A stretch of DNA of 64,000 nucleotides. Source: an uncultured Bacteroidia bacterium. GTDB taxonomy: Bacteria > Bacteroidota > Bacteroidia > Bacteroidales > ML635J-15. A model generated the notes under the pieces. It was not told the origin of the DNA. It was given only the letters and a program-made list of their open reading frames with translations, and made no database searches. Below, piece after piece: positions 9,172 to 17,475 of this stretch. The translations under genes were made by a program, and so were the position numbers. Positions within the stretch are counted from its first letter, which is position 1. Each line of letters begins with the position of its first letter. Where the stretch lies: assembly GCA_902776565.1 (NCBI GenBank), contig CACYQN010000011.1, forward strand, positions 48,561-112,560. Reading direction: 5' to 3'.

Positions 9172-9420
9172 ATGAAAGCATATAATCAGAACAGTCAGAT
9201 AATGCCATTGTTGATGAATTTCGTTGTTCCTACCGACATAGTTGAGTATGTTCCAACCGAATTCTCATACGATGATGCAAATCAGGTAACATACGAAATG
9301 ACAATCACCAGCACCCGCAGCCTTCGTCACCCTAGCACTCACAAGGGCGGTGAATATGTAGGCGTTGATGCAAAGAACGAAATCGACGACACCAAGAACA
9401 ACCGCCACATGTGGTTCTAG
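9172..9420 (+). CDS. candidate graspetide (omega-ester/amide RiPP) precursor peptide
   Basis: 82-aa ORF, 12 nt after the TerB-like gene and 9 nt before the ATP-grasp gene. The N-terminal PLLMNFV resembles the PFFARFL leader motif. The C-terminal part has a Thr/Ser cluster followed by an Asp/Glu/Lys cluster. Confidence 0.5.
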   Translation: MKAYNQNSQIMPLLMNFVVPTDIVEYVPTEFSYDDANQVTYEMTITSTRSLRHPSTHKGGEYVGVDAKNEIDDTKNNRHMWF

Positions 9421-9429
9421 TCGCGTGAG

Positions 9430-10419
9430 ATGATTCTTATTTACACAAATAAGGAGGATACTCATCCTACCAACGTCATCAAGTACCTGAACGAATGGAA
9501 TGTTCCAGTATTCAGGCTTAACACCGAGTGCATTCTTACCGACTACGAGTTTGAATGGTGGTGCGATGACAGAGGTGTCGATTTCCGCATAAAAAATATA
9601 AAGAACGACCTGCAACTTTTCGGACATGAGATTACTGCGGTATGGGACCGTCGCGCCTTGGTTCCGTCGGAGTTGCCGGTGGTTAACGAACATGACGAGA
9701 TAAACCGCCATAACCTCGACGAGGCTCGCGGTTTTCTCGCTTTTTTGCGCTACTACACAAAAGATATTTTTTCGATAGGTAGCATTGTGGAAGACCGTCC
9801 CGCCGACTCCAAGATGCTGCAGTTGCAGGTTGCGCGTTCGCTCGGAATGCCTACTCCAGATACAAGTTTTGCAAATACCAAGGATGCGGTGCTGAAGTTC
9901 GCACGTAACTACGAGTACATTTCGCTCAAGTCGATTGTCGATAGCGGACTTTTCCTCGGTGGCGACAAGGAATATGTGTTCTTTTCGCAGCGAATCAAAA
10001 GCAGCGACCTTGAAAGTCAGCCCGACGAGGCCTTCTCGCAGACAGTAAGTTTTGTCCAGAACTATATAGACAAGAAGTACGAACTGCGCATTACGGTCGT
10101 GTGCGACGATGTGATTGCCTGTAAGATAGATTCGCAGTTGCAGTCGGAAACCACAGGTAAAATCGACTGGCGGCAAGGCTACGAGCACGACCTGAAGCAC
10201 GAAATTGTGGTAATTCCAGATTTTGTCTCGGATTTCTGCCGAAAGTTCCTGAAGCACATGAAGCTCAATTTCGGTTGCTTCGACTTTATTGTTACTCCAG
10301 ACGATAAATATGTTTTCCTGGAGTGTAATCCCAATGGACAATGGCTTTGGATAGAAATCGTAACAGAGTTTGACATATCCAGGGTAATAGCGGAGAATTT
10401 GGCAAAGAAAGAACGTTAG
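9430..10419 (+). CDS. MvdD/MdnC-family ATP-grasp ribosomal peptide maturase
   Basis: 329 aa. The N-terminus ILIYTNKEDTHPTNVIKYL is typical of microviridin-type ligases. KYELRITVV is followed by DWRQ. C-terminal FGCFDFIVTPDDKYVFLECNPNGQWLW block. Confidence 0.75.
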   Translation: MILIYTNKEDTHPTNVIKYLNEWNVPVFRLNTECILTDYEFEWWCDDRGVDFRIKNIKNDLQLFGHEITAVWDRRALVPSELPVVNEHDEINRHNLDEARGFLAFLRYYTKDIFSIGSIVEDRPADSKMLQLQVARSLGMPTPDTSFANTKDAVLKFARNYEYISLKSIVDSGLFLGGDKEYVFFSQRIKSSDLESQPDEAFSQTVSFVQNYIDKKYELRITVVCDDVIACKIDSQLQSETTGKIDWRQGYEHDLKHEIVVIPDFVSDFCRKFLKHMKLNFGCFDFIVTPDDKYVFLECNPNGQWLWIEIVTEFDISRVIAENLAKKER

Positions 10420-10467
10420 GTTCTGATAAGACAAAAAAATTATTAGTATCCGTTAAATTTTCTATTA

Positions 10468-10630
10468 GTCATTCCACAAAGCAGAACGAACCGACTAAGG
10501 AACGTGTCGTGTGAGTTCGCTTATGCGGAATCTCCTTTAATACAGTTCAATAGCAGATTACGGACAGCAGTATTCACAACGCTCCCCATTCTGTATCGCG
10601 TGTTACAACGAACTTCCGAACCTTTAGCTC
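10468..10630 (-). ncRNA. unclassified conserved structured element, copy 1 (candidate sRNA or MITE-like repeat)
   Basis: The reverse complement aligns over ~155 nt with 27732-27888 (long identical blocks such as acacgcgatacagaatggggagcgttgtga). A 1-nt length difference in the variable hairpin loop breaks any common reading frame. Confidence 0.4.
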
Positions 10631-10767
10631 GCGCAGTGAAACAAGCAAATGACAAGTTAAATGATTGATTAGTAGCGTTATTGCAATTATATAGGATACC
10701 AACAATTAACTTGATACGCCTTTCATATCCTCGCACATTGCTATGCTGCAATTTGTATTATTGTTCG

Positions 10768-11454
10768 TCACTGTCTCTTAAGCACAAGATTTTCAAATCC
10801 GTATTCGTTTCCATTTTGAAAAGTTCCAGATAGTTTAAGAGAGCCTTTAAATTTCTCAAAATCTGAAACTTCGTAAGTCCATCCTCCGCCTCCCCAAGAA
10901 TCATTGAGAATTACTGTGTCTTCAACAAATCCGTTTGATGTATATTTTGCATAACATGTGTCAATGTCAGTGTGGTTTATCGTAAACACTATCTTGGTAT
11001 TATCATGGCGATTTTCCTTTTTGTATATCTGCCAGTCTCCCCTATATCTTTTCTTGAGAGTTGTTATTAATATCGTATCTGTATTCTCAATAGTATCTAT
11101 ATGCTTGCATATAAGTGTTTTATAAATAGTATTTTCGTCATAGAAATTCAAATTACAATCCTTGGTGTATAAACTTCTTCCGTCTCCATTTTCACTGCTA
11201 TCAGCATTGATAGTCCATGTTTTGTCACTTAATATCTGATTGGTGTTGATGTCAGTTATTAATTCGTGATAATCTAGGTCATTTATCGATGTTGTAATCT
11301 TCAAATGTCCATCCTTTACTATTTCTGAGTTAGATTCCATTATTGCCCATACTCCAAAATAGGTTAGTTTATCATGTTCTGTACGGCGACAATTAGGAAA
11401 TATTACCAATGTGATTATTAATGATACGACTATTGTTGAAATGCGCTTTTTCAT
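10768..11454 (-). CDS. hypothetical lipoprotein
   Basis: 228 aa. Signal peptide with Cys (VIFPNC). AT-rich. No recognised domain. Confidence 0.45.
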   Translation of the reverse strand: MKKRISTIVVSLIITLVIFPNCRRTEHDKLTYFGVWAIMESNSEIVKDGHLKITTSINDLDYHELITDINTNQILSDKTWTINADSSENGDGRSLYTKDCNLNFYDENTIYKTLICKHIDTIENTDTILITTLKKRYRGDWQIYKKENRHDNTKIVFTINHTDIDTCYAKYTSNGFVEDTVILNDSWGGGGWTYEVSDFEKFKGSLKLSGTFQNGNEYGFENLVLKRQ

Positions 11455-11845
11455 AATATTTTAAACTATTAAGTTTTGTCAAAAGTAACAAATTATTTTT
11501 ATCCTCAAAAATTAATATTTTTCTCCGTTTAAATCTCGGTGCAAATACAGGATGACTGGATGTTTTAGCGTTGACTAGTCCCAAGTACTATTAGCACTAT
11601 AACCTCCGATATGGTATTTTAACCCCTCTACTGCATTTTCAAATTCTTCTTTTTTTTCAAACTCATAAATACTTCTCAATTCTGCCATAGTTATCTTTGC
11701 GCAGTTATATCCCATTGCGCCCATCGGTTTGAAGTTATTAAATTTGGAACAAAGTTATGAATAGGAAATAAAGTGTGTTTGTTATATTGTATTGGATATT
11801 TTGACAGATTATTTCAATTTATTTGACAGATTGTCAAATATCTTT

Positions 11846-12076
11846 TTACAAGCTCTTTTCTTCCATATAATCGGAATAACATTTAAAGAAGTCATAATCG
11901 AGTACTTCACAAACTTTTAGCAGTTGGTCTGTGTATATGAAACTGCGGCTGAGTAGATAGTACATATTTTGCCGAGTGCATCCTATCTGTTTTGATAGCC
12001 ATCGTGTACTCCGTCCCTGTCGTGCAAGTTCCGCCTTAATAAGATTTCCGATATGTGGTGCTTCGTGTTTATCCAT
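11846..12076 (-). CDS. XRE-family helix-turn-helix DNA-binding protein
   Basis: 76 aa. IGNLIKAELARQGRSTRWLSKQIGCTRQNMYYLL is a typical HTH_XRE pattern. Confidence 0.65.
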   Translation of the reverse strand: MDKHEAPHIGNLIKAELARQGRSTRWLSKQIGCTRQNMYYLLSRSFIYTDQLLKVCEVLDYDFFKCYSDYMEEKSL

Positions 12077-12421
12077 TACCTTTGTTTTTGCAACATAAAA
12101 AGCGTGGAATTAAATTCTTGCCTAAACTCCGGGTTACCACGCCCACCAACTCAAACAAGTATTCCACGCCATGCCATACACGACATTTTGGAAACCTATT
12201 CTCGAGTTGGTGAGTCTTAGTTGACTCTTGTGGTAAATTGGAGTTCAAGAATTGCTTCTGTCCGCTATTTATATGTTAATATGTTCTTTTTGTTTCTTAC
12301 ATTTCCGTTATTTATGTTTGAATGACAAAAGTAAGGAAAATTTTTATTTAGTGACTATAAATTCAACGATTTATGCGATTGTGCAGATTCAACAAGCAAA
12401 TTCAATATTCGCCAATGACAA

Positions 12422-12451
12422 CAAAAAAGGGCGACAATTTCTGCCGCCCCT
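12422..12451 (-). terminator. rho-independent terminator of the mmd operon
   Basis: The minus strand reads ggggcggcagaaattgtcgccc followed by tttttt. Lies immediately downstream of the stop at 12478. Confidence 0.6.
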
Positions 12452-12477
12452 ATGTAAAAATGTTAAAAATAGAATCC

Positions 12478-14058
12478 TTATCCGAGGAAGCTCAACAGCA
12501 GACCGGCTGCGATTGCCGAGCCTAATACGCCGGCAACATTCGGTCCCATTGCGTGCATGAGGAGGAAGTTGCTCGGGTTTTCCTTCTGACCTACGGTCTG
12601 CGAAACGCGGGCTGCCATTGGCACTGCCGAAACGCCTGCCGAACCGATAAGCGGATTGATCTTTTCCTTGAGGAAAAGGTTCATGAACTTCGCCATTAAA
12701 ACGCCACCTGCAGTACTGAAGCTAAATGCTACAACACCGATGATAACGATTTCGATGGTCTTGAGAGTAAGGAACGAACCTGCTACTGCGGTTGCACCAA
12801 CCGAAATTCCGAGGAATACGGTTACGATGTTCATAAGTTCGTTCTGTACGGTCTTGCTAAGTCTTTCGGTTACACCGCATTCCTTGAGCAAGTTGCCGAA
12901 CATCAAGCAGCCGATAAGCGATGCTGCCGACGGAACTATGAGAACTGCAATCATAGTAATTACAATCGGGAAAACGATCTTTTCCTTCTTGCTTACATCC
13001 CTGAGCTGCTTCATTGTAATCTGGCGTTCCTTCTTGGTTGTGAGAGCCTTCATGATAGGTGGCTGGATTACAGGAATCAAAGCCATGTAGGAGTAAGCTG
13101 CGATTGCGATAGGACCGAGCAAATCCGGAGCAAGCTTCGAGGTGAGGAAGATTGCCGTAGGACCGTCGGCACCACCGATGATACCTATTGAACCAGCCTC
13201 GTTTGGTGCGAAACCTATTGCTACTGCGCAGAGGAAGGTAATGAAGATACCGAACTGAGCTGCAGCACCGAGCAGAAGGCTCTTCGGGTTTGCAATCAGC
13301 GGACCGAAGTCAGTCATTGCGCCGATACCTATAAATATTAAGCACGGGTAAAGACCCAACTTAACGCCCATATAGATGATGTCCAACATACCGCCTTCCT
13401 TCAGAATTGTGCCGTAGCTGTGGTAAGCAGGGCTATTCTCGTCGAGGAAGTTCGACCAAAGTTCGCTGTGGTACATTTCTGCGCCTGGCAAGTTCGACAA
13501 CAGCATACCGAATGCTATCGGGAGGAGAAGAAGCGGTTCGTACTGCTTTGCAATTGCAAGATAAATGAGCAGACAGCTGATAAGCAACATTATGATTGCC
13601 TTCCAGTTTTCGCCCAAACCTGCGATACCGCTGGTCTTGCAGAACTTTACGATTTTTCCCCAGGCCGAATCGTCGGTTTCCTGCGGTTCTACATTTGCAT
13701 TATTGCATTCGGCAGTGTTTGAATCTACATTTACTTTTACAGCGTTTTCACCGTCGCCAAGATTGCCAATCTGAATAGTAATGCCATTGAGCAATTCGGC
13801 AATCTCTTCTTCGCTCATATCATTACCTTCAATAACTTTAGTATAAGTATAGCAATTTGACTTTACGGTGTCGCCGCCAATCATTACTGTAACACCTGCC
13901 TGTCCGTCAGTCTTGCTGACCGTAGCTCCCGTAGTTGCTTCCACCTTCTGATTTTCGCCATCGGTTTTGTCCTGTGCGAAAATATTTGGAGAAGCCAGCA
14001 TCGAAATCAGGAATACGAACCCGACAAGCAGACTTTTCTTTAAAATATCCATAATCAT
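12478..14058 (-). CDS. mmdB: Na+-translocating decarboxylase beta subunit (OadB/MmdB family) with ~140-aa N-terminal extension
   Basis: The C-terminal ~385 aa is polytopic with [19 protein letters not shown] and [10 protein letters not shown] blocks of the OadB/GcdB/MmdB family. The N-terminus has a signal-like segment plus a soluble region. Confidence 0.85.
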   Translation of the reverse strand: MIMDILKKSLLVGFVFLISMLASPNIFAQDKTDGENQKVEATTGATVSKTDGQAGVTVMIGGDTVKSNCYTYTKVIEGNDMSEEEIAELLNGITIQIGNLGDGENAVKVNVDSNTAECNNANVEPQETDDSAWGKIVKFCKTSGIAGLGENWKAIIMLLISCLLIYLAIAKQYEPLLLLPIAFGMLLSNLPGAEMYHSELWSNFLDENSPAYHSYGTILKEGGMLDIIYMGVKLGLYPCLIFIGIGAMTDFGPLIANPKSLLLGAAAQFGIFITFLCAVAIGFAPNEAGSIGIIGGADGPTAIFLTSKLAPDLLGPIAIAAYSYMALIPVIQPPIMKALTTKKERQITMKQLRDVSKKEKIVFPIVITMIAVLIVPSAASLIGCLMFGNLLKECGVTERLSKTVQNELMNIVTVFLGISVGATAVAGSFLTLKTIEIVIIGVVAFSFSTAGGVLMAKFMNLFLKEKINPLIGSAGVSAVPMAARVSQTVGQKENPSNFLLMHAMGPNVAGVLGSAIAAGLLLSFLG

Positions 14059-14073
14059 ACTTTTTTAGGTTCG

Positions 14074-14499
14074 TTATTCGATTTCAACAAGTGCATCGCC
14101 GAGGGCAACAGTTCTGCCGACCTCAACATAAACAGCCTTTACTGTACCGTCCTTTTCAGCCATAATGTTGTTTTCCATCTTCATGGCTTCCATTACCAAC
14201 AGAGTGTCGCCACGCTTAACAGCCTGACCTGCCGATACCAAAATCTTAACTACATTGCCTGGCAACGGAGCCTTTATTGCCGATGCCGATGCTGCTGTAG
14301 CAGGTGCTGCTGGCTTCGGAGCCGATGCTGCTGCTGGCTTTGGAGTCGGCTTGGCAACCTTTGCTATCTGCGGTTCCTTTTCCTTCTCTATTTCTACTGT
14401 GTACGACTTGTCGTTGACCTTTACATTGGCGATGGTGTCGTTTACATCTACCTCGACAGCGTACTTTTTACCTTCTATTGTAAGATTGTACTTTTTCAT
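14074..14499 (-). CDS. mmdC: biotin carboxyl carrier subunit (MmdC-like)
   Basis: Ala/Pro-rich linker, then the biotinyl-Lys motif LVMEAMKMEN. Confidence 0.85.
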   Translation of the reverse strand: MKKYNLTIEGKKYAVEVDVNDTIANVKVNDKSYTVEIEKEKEPQIAKVAKPTPKPAAASAPKPAAPATAASASAIKAPLPGNVVKILVSAGQAVKRGDTLLVMEAMKMENNIMAEKDGTVKAVYVEVGRTVALGDALVEIE

Positions 14500-14503
14500 T
14501 TCC

Positions 14504-14848
14504 TTAATTATTTAACCACGGGGAATAAACCTGTGACACATTCTTGATTGTTAATACATTGGATTCTTTGTCGTGTTCGCCGCCGAAATACAAGTGCAGA
14601 GCGACAGCGATTGCTGCATAGTCGGCATCGTCAACTTTTCCGCTGGCTTTGGCTTCGGCAGCAGGCTTCGGTGCTTCCACCTTTGCTTCCTGCTTCTTGC
14701 CCTTCTTGGCAATAACGCCGAAAAGCGTCATCACTATAACGAAGAAAGCCATAATGAGCAAAACTATGCAGAAACATATTCCTACCAATGCCCAAGTGTC
14801 GTTCCAGCCCCAGTTTTCTGCGTTGACTGCTAATAACATATTACTCAT
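14504..14848 (-). CDS. OadG-family small membrane subunit (MmdD-like)
   Basis: 114 aa. One TM helix, a Lys/Ala/Glu-rich linker, and AAIAVALHLY as in OadG-like subunits. Position within the operon fits. Confidence 0.55.
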   Translation of the reverse strand: MSNMLLAVNAENWGWNDTWALVGICFCIVLLIMAFFVIVMTLFGVIAKKGKKQEAKVEAPKPAAEAKASGKVDDADYAAIAVALHLYFGGEHDKESNVLTIKNVSQVYSPWLNN

Positions 14849-14859
14849 GACAATACGGT

Positions 14860-16419
14860 TTATAGAGGAATATTATTATGTTTCTTGTTAGGACGGGTAT
14901 CCTTCTTGGTTGCCAAAGCTGCAAGTGCGCGGATAATTCTGAAACGCGTGTTGCGCGGTTCGATTACATCGTCGATGTAACCGTACTTGGCTGCCTGATA
15001 AGGATTTGCAAATGCTTCCTTATATTCGGCTTCCTTTTCGGCTGCATATTTGGCCTTTTCTTCCGGATTTTCGATTTCCTTCATGCCCTTTGCGTAGAGG
15101 ACCTCGATAGCACCCGATGCGCCCATAACTGCTATTTCTGCCGACGGCCATGCGTAGTTGAAATCACCCTTCAACTGCTTCGAGCTCATAACATCGTGAG
15201 CACCGCCGTACGACTTGCGCAATGTAACGGTAACCTTCGGAACAGTAGCTTCGCCGTATGCGTACATCAACTTTGCACCGTTGGTGATGATGCCGCCGTA
15301 TTCCTGATTGCTACCCGGCATAAATCCAGGAACATCAACCAAGGTTACCAGCGGAATGTTGAAGCAGTCGCAGAACCTGATGAAGCGTGCGCCCTTGCGC
15401 GACGATTCGATGTCGAGGCAACCTGCGAGGAACGAAGGCTGGTTGGCAACAATACCTACCGACTGTCCATTGAAACGGGCAAAACCTACAACGATGTTCT
15501 TTGCATAGTCCTTGTGAACTTCCTCGAACTCGCCGTTATCTACGATGAGCTTTATGATGTCCTTAACATCGTAAGGCTTGTTGGGGTTGTCGGGAAGAAT
15601 CGTGTTCAATGCATCTTCCATTCTGTCAATCGGGTCGGTGCATTCGACGCGTGGAGTCTGCTCCTTGAAGTTCTGAGGCATATACGAGATAAGTCTCTTC
15701 AAGGTGTCGATTGCATCTTCCTCGTCGTGAGCCACAAAGTGAGCCACACCCGACTTCGATGCGTGAACCATTGCACCGCCGAGGTCGTTTTCGGTAATTG
15801 TTTCACCGGTAACGGTCTTGGTTACCTTTGGTCCAGTTACGAACATATAGCTATTCGATTCCGACATGATTATATAGTCGGTGAGAGCCGGTGAATAAAC
15901 AGCACCACCAGCGCAGGGACCGAGGATTGCCGACAACTGTGGAACAACGCCTGATGCTTCGATGTTGCGCTGGAAGATTTCTGCGTAGCCCGAAAGGCTG
16001 GTAACGCCTTCCTGAATACGAGCGCCACCGCTGTCGTTCAAGCCGATGATAGGAACGCCGGCCTTCATAGCCATATCCATAACCTTGCAGATTTTCTTGG
16101 CGTTGGTTTCCGACAGAGAACCGCCCATTACGGTGAAGTCCTGTGAGAAAACATAAACCATTCTGCCACCGATAGTTCCGTAGCCGGTAACGACGCCGTC
16201 GCCGAGGAACGATTCCTTTTCGATGCCGAAGTTGTGGCATCTGTGGGTTACAAACATGTCGATTTCTTCGAAGCTGCCTTCGTCGAGGAGCATGTTGATT
16301 CTTTCGCGGGCAGTGTATTTGCCCTTCTTATGCTGTGATTCGATGCGCTTTTCGCCACCGCCCAGACGGGCTTCGGCACGCATGTCAACCAATTTTTTAA
16401 TTTTTTCTTCTAAAGCCAT
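14860..16419 (-). CDS. mmdA: methylmalonyl-CoA carboxyltransferase (acyl-CoA carboxylase beta family; MmdA-like)
   Basis: Start taken at [10 protein letters not shown] (ATG 16417-16419). Carboxyltransferase blocks [37 protein letters not shown] and [11 protein letters not shown]. Confidence 0.9.
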   Translation of the reverse strand: MALEEKIKKLVDMRAEARLGGGEKRIESQHKKGKYTARERINMLLDEGSFEEIDMFVTHRCHNFGIEKESFLGDGVVTGYGTIGGRMVYVFSQDFTVMGGSLSETNAKKICKVMDMAMKAGVPIIGLNDSGGARIQEGVTSLSGYAEIFQRNIEASGVVPQLSAILGPCAGGAVYSPALTDYIIMSESNSYMFVTGPKVTKTVTGETITENDLGGAMVHASKSGVAHFVAHDEEDAIDTLKRLISYMPQNFKEQTPRVECTDPIDRMEDALNTILPDNPNKPYDVKDIIKLIVDNGEFEEVHKDYAKNIVVGFARFNGQSVGIVANQPSFLAGCLDIESSRKGARFIRFCDCFNIPLVTLVDVPGFMPGSNQEYGGIITNGAKLMYAYGEATVPKVTVTLRKSYGGAHDVMSSKQLKGDFNYAWPSAEIAVMGASGAIEVLYAKGMKEIENPEEKAKYAAEKEAEYKEAFANPYQAAKYGYIDDVIEPRNTRFRIIRALAALATKKDTRPNKKHNNIPL

Positions 16420-16430
16420 CTTGTGATTTT

Positions 16431-16841
16431 TTACTTGTTCTTGTCTTCGCAAAATTCAGTGAGCACGCCGAAAGTTGACTTCGGGTGGAGGAAAGCAATG
16501 CTGAGGCCTTCGGCACCCTTGCGCGGAGCCTTGTCGATAAGGCGCAAACCAGCGAGTTCGGCATCCGACAAGCATTTTTCGACACCATTTACGCAGAAAG
16601 CGATGTGGTGAATGCCTTCGCCCTTGTTCTCGATGAACTTTCCAACTGGGCTGTCGGCCTCCATCGGCTCAAGAAGCTCGATTTTTGTCTGTCCAACCTT
16701 GAAAAATGCTGTAGTTACCTTCTGGTCAACAACTTTTTCGATAGCATAACACTTGAGACCCAATACGCCTTCGTAGTATTTTTTAGCCTCTTCGATTGAC
16801 TTAACGGCAATGCCAATGTGTTCTATGTGAGATATATCCAT
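16431..16841 (-). CDS. mce: methylmalonyl-CoA epimerase (VOC superfamily)
   Basis: 136 aa. [15 protein letters not shown] and GIHHIAF blocks. First gene of the mmd operon. Confidence 0.85.
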   Translation of the reverse strand: MDISHIEHIGIAVKSIEEAKKYYEGVLGLKCYAIEKVVDQKVTTAFFKVGQTKIELLEPMEADSPVGKFIENKGEGIHHIAFCVNGVEKCLSDAELAGLRLIDKAPRKGAEGLSIAFLHPKSTFGVLTEFCEDKNK

Positions 16842-16868
16842 TTTAAAAATATTTTAAAAATTTTTGCG

Positions 16869-16884
16869 CAAATTTACAAAGATA
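16869..16884 (-). promoter_or_regulatory. two overlapping candidate -7 boxes (TATCTTTG, TAAATTTG) for the mce-mmd operon
   Basis: The minus strand reads tatctttgtaaatttgcg 28-43 nt upstream of the ATG at 16841. Both octamers fit TAnnTTTG. Confidence 0.35.
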
Positions 16885-17103
16885 TTTTCAGTTTTAAAAT
16901 ATTTGTTTGAGGTTTTTTGTGGGTGTTGTTGAGCATACACAACCTCCTATTCTCCACCAGCCCTTGTTTCCTTCCTGATTTTTGTCATTTTCTCCCGAAG
17001 CCCACCATTTTTAGCAAAATTATCCTGCAACACCTTAATGTATTTACCCATTGCAGAATCTACCTGATGGATTAGGGTAACAGCCACATTCACAATCCGT
17101 TGT

Positions 17104-17405
17104 CCTTTCGGATTTATAATCCGAAAGGCTTGAATATCAGCATTTGTAATGCGGAAATAACATTTATAATGTAAACAATAGACAAGTACATAATTGGATT
17201 TAAAATCCTTATATTCACGCTGTCTGGATTGCAAATCCAGACAACATTGGGATTCCATCTCTCAAATATTTTTGCAAACTTAACAAATAATCCCCTTTTC
17301 CGCATTGCAAAAATCATTTAACTTTGTGCTTCTGAAAAAACAAGTATATACTTTGTCCTTTCGGATTTATAATCCGAAAACTTTGAATATAAGGATTTTT
17401 AATCC
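17104..17405. repeat. hairpin-repeat cluster A (GGATT-NNN-AATCC family)
   Basis: Five hairpins: cctttcggatt-tat-aatccgaaagg (17104-17128), ggatt-taa-aatcc (17196-17208), gtctggatt-gca-aatccagac (17222-17242), tttcggatt-tat-aatccgaaa (17357-17379) and ggatt-ttt-aatcc (17393-17405). Confidence 0.8.
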
Positions 17406-17475
17406 GCAACAAGTATCACCATTTCATTACAAATCCAGAAACTGCTTTATACTAAATTTCTTTTACAAAAAATCT

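Noticed and set aside
9265-10434. 389-aa minus-strand ORF covering the precursor and ATP-grasp genes
   Set aside because: It is an antisense shadow of a well-supported plus-strand ATP-grasp gene. Its sequence is low-complexity and Leu/Val/Cys-rich with no motifs.
10521-10751. 76-aa ORF (and its counterpart 27715..27915) as a small conserved protein
   Set aside because: The two DNA copies stay similar across a 1-nt indel that shifts the frame, and one copy terminates early. Conservation is therefore at the nucleotide level.
12252-12560. 102-aa plus-strand ORF
   Set aside because: It overlaps the mmdB 3' end and its terminator, and it is AT-rich and low-complexity with no support.
14878-15894. 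338-aa plus-strand ORF opposite mmdA. Similar long shadows occur at 4023..4640, 31260..31787, 56114..56647, 58587..59159, 59287..59787, 60839..61480 and 62412..62918.
   Set aside because: All are antisense to genes with clear family motifs, and none has motifs of its own.
16947-17258. 103-aa ORF in the left border of the island
   Set aside because: Most of it runs through the hairpin repeats. Only the C-terminal ~45 codons (16947-17100) might be a remnant of a lost gene, which I cannot identify.
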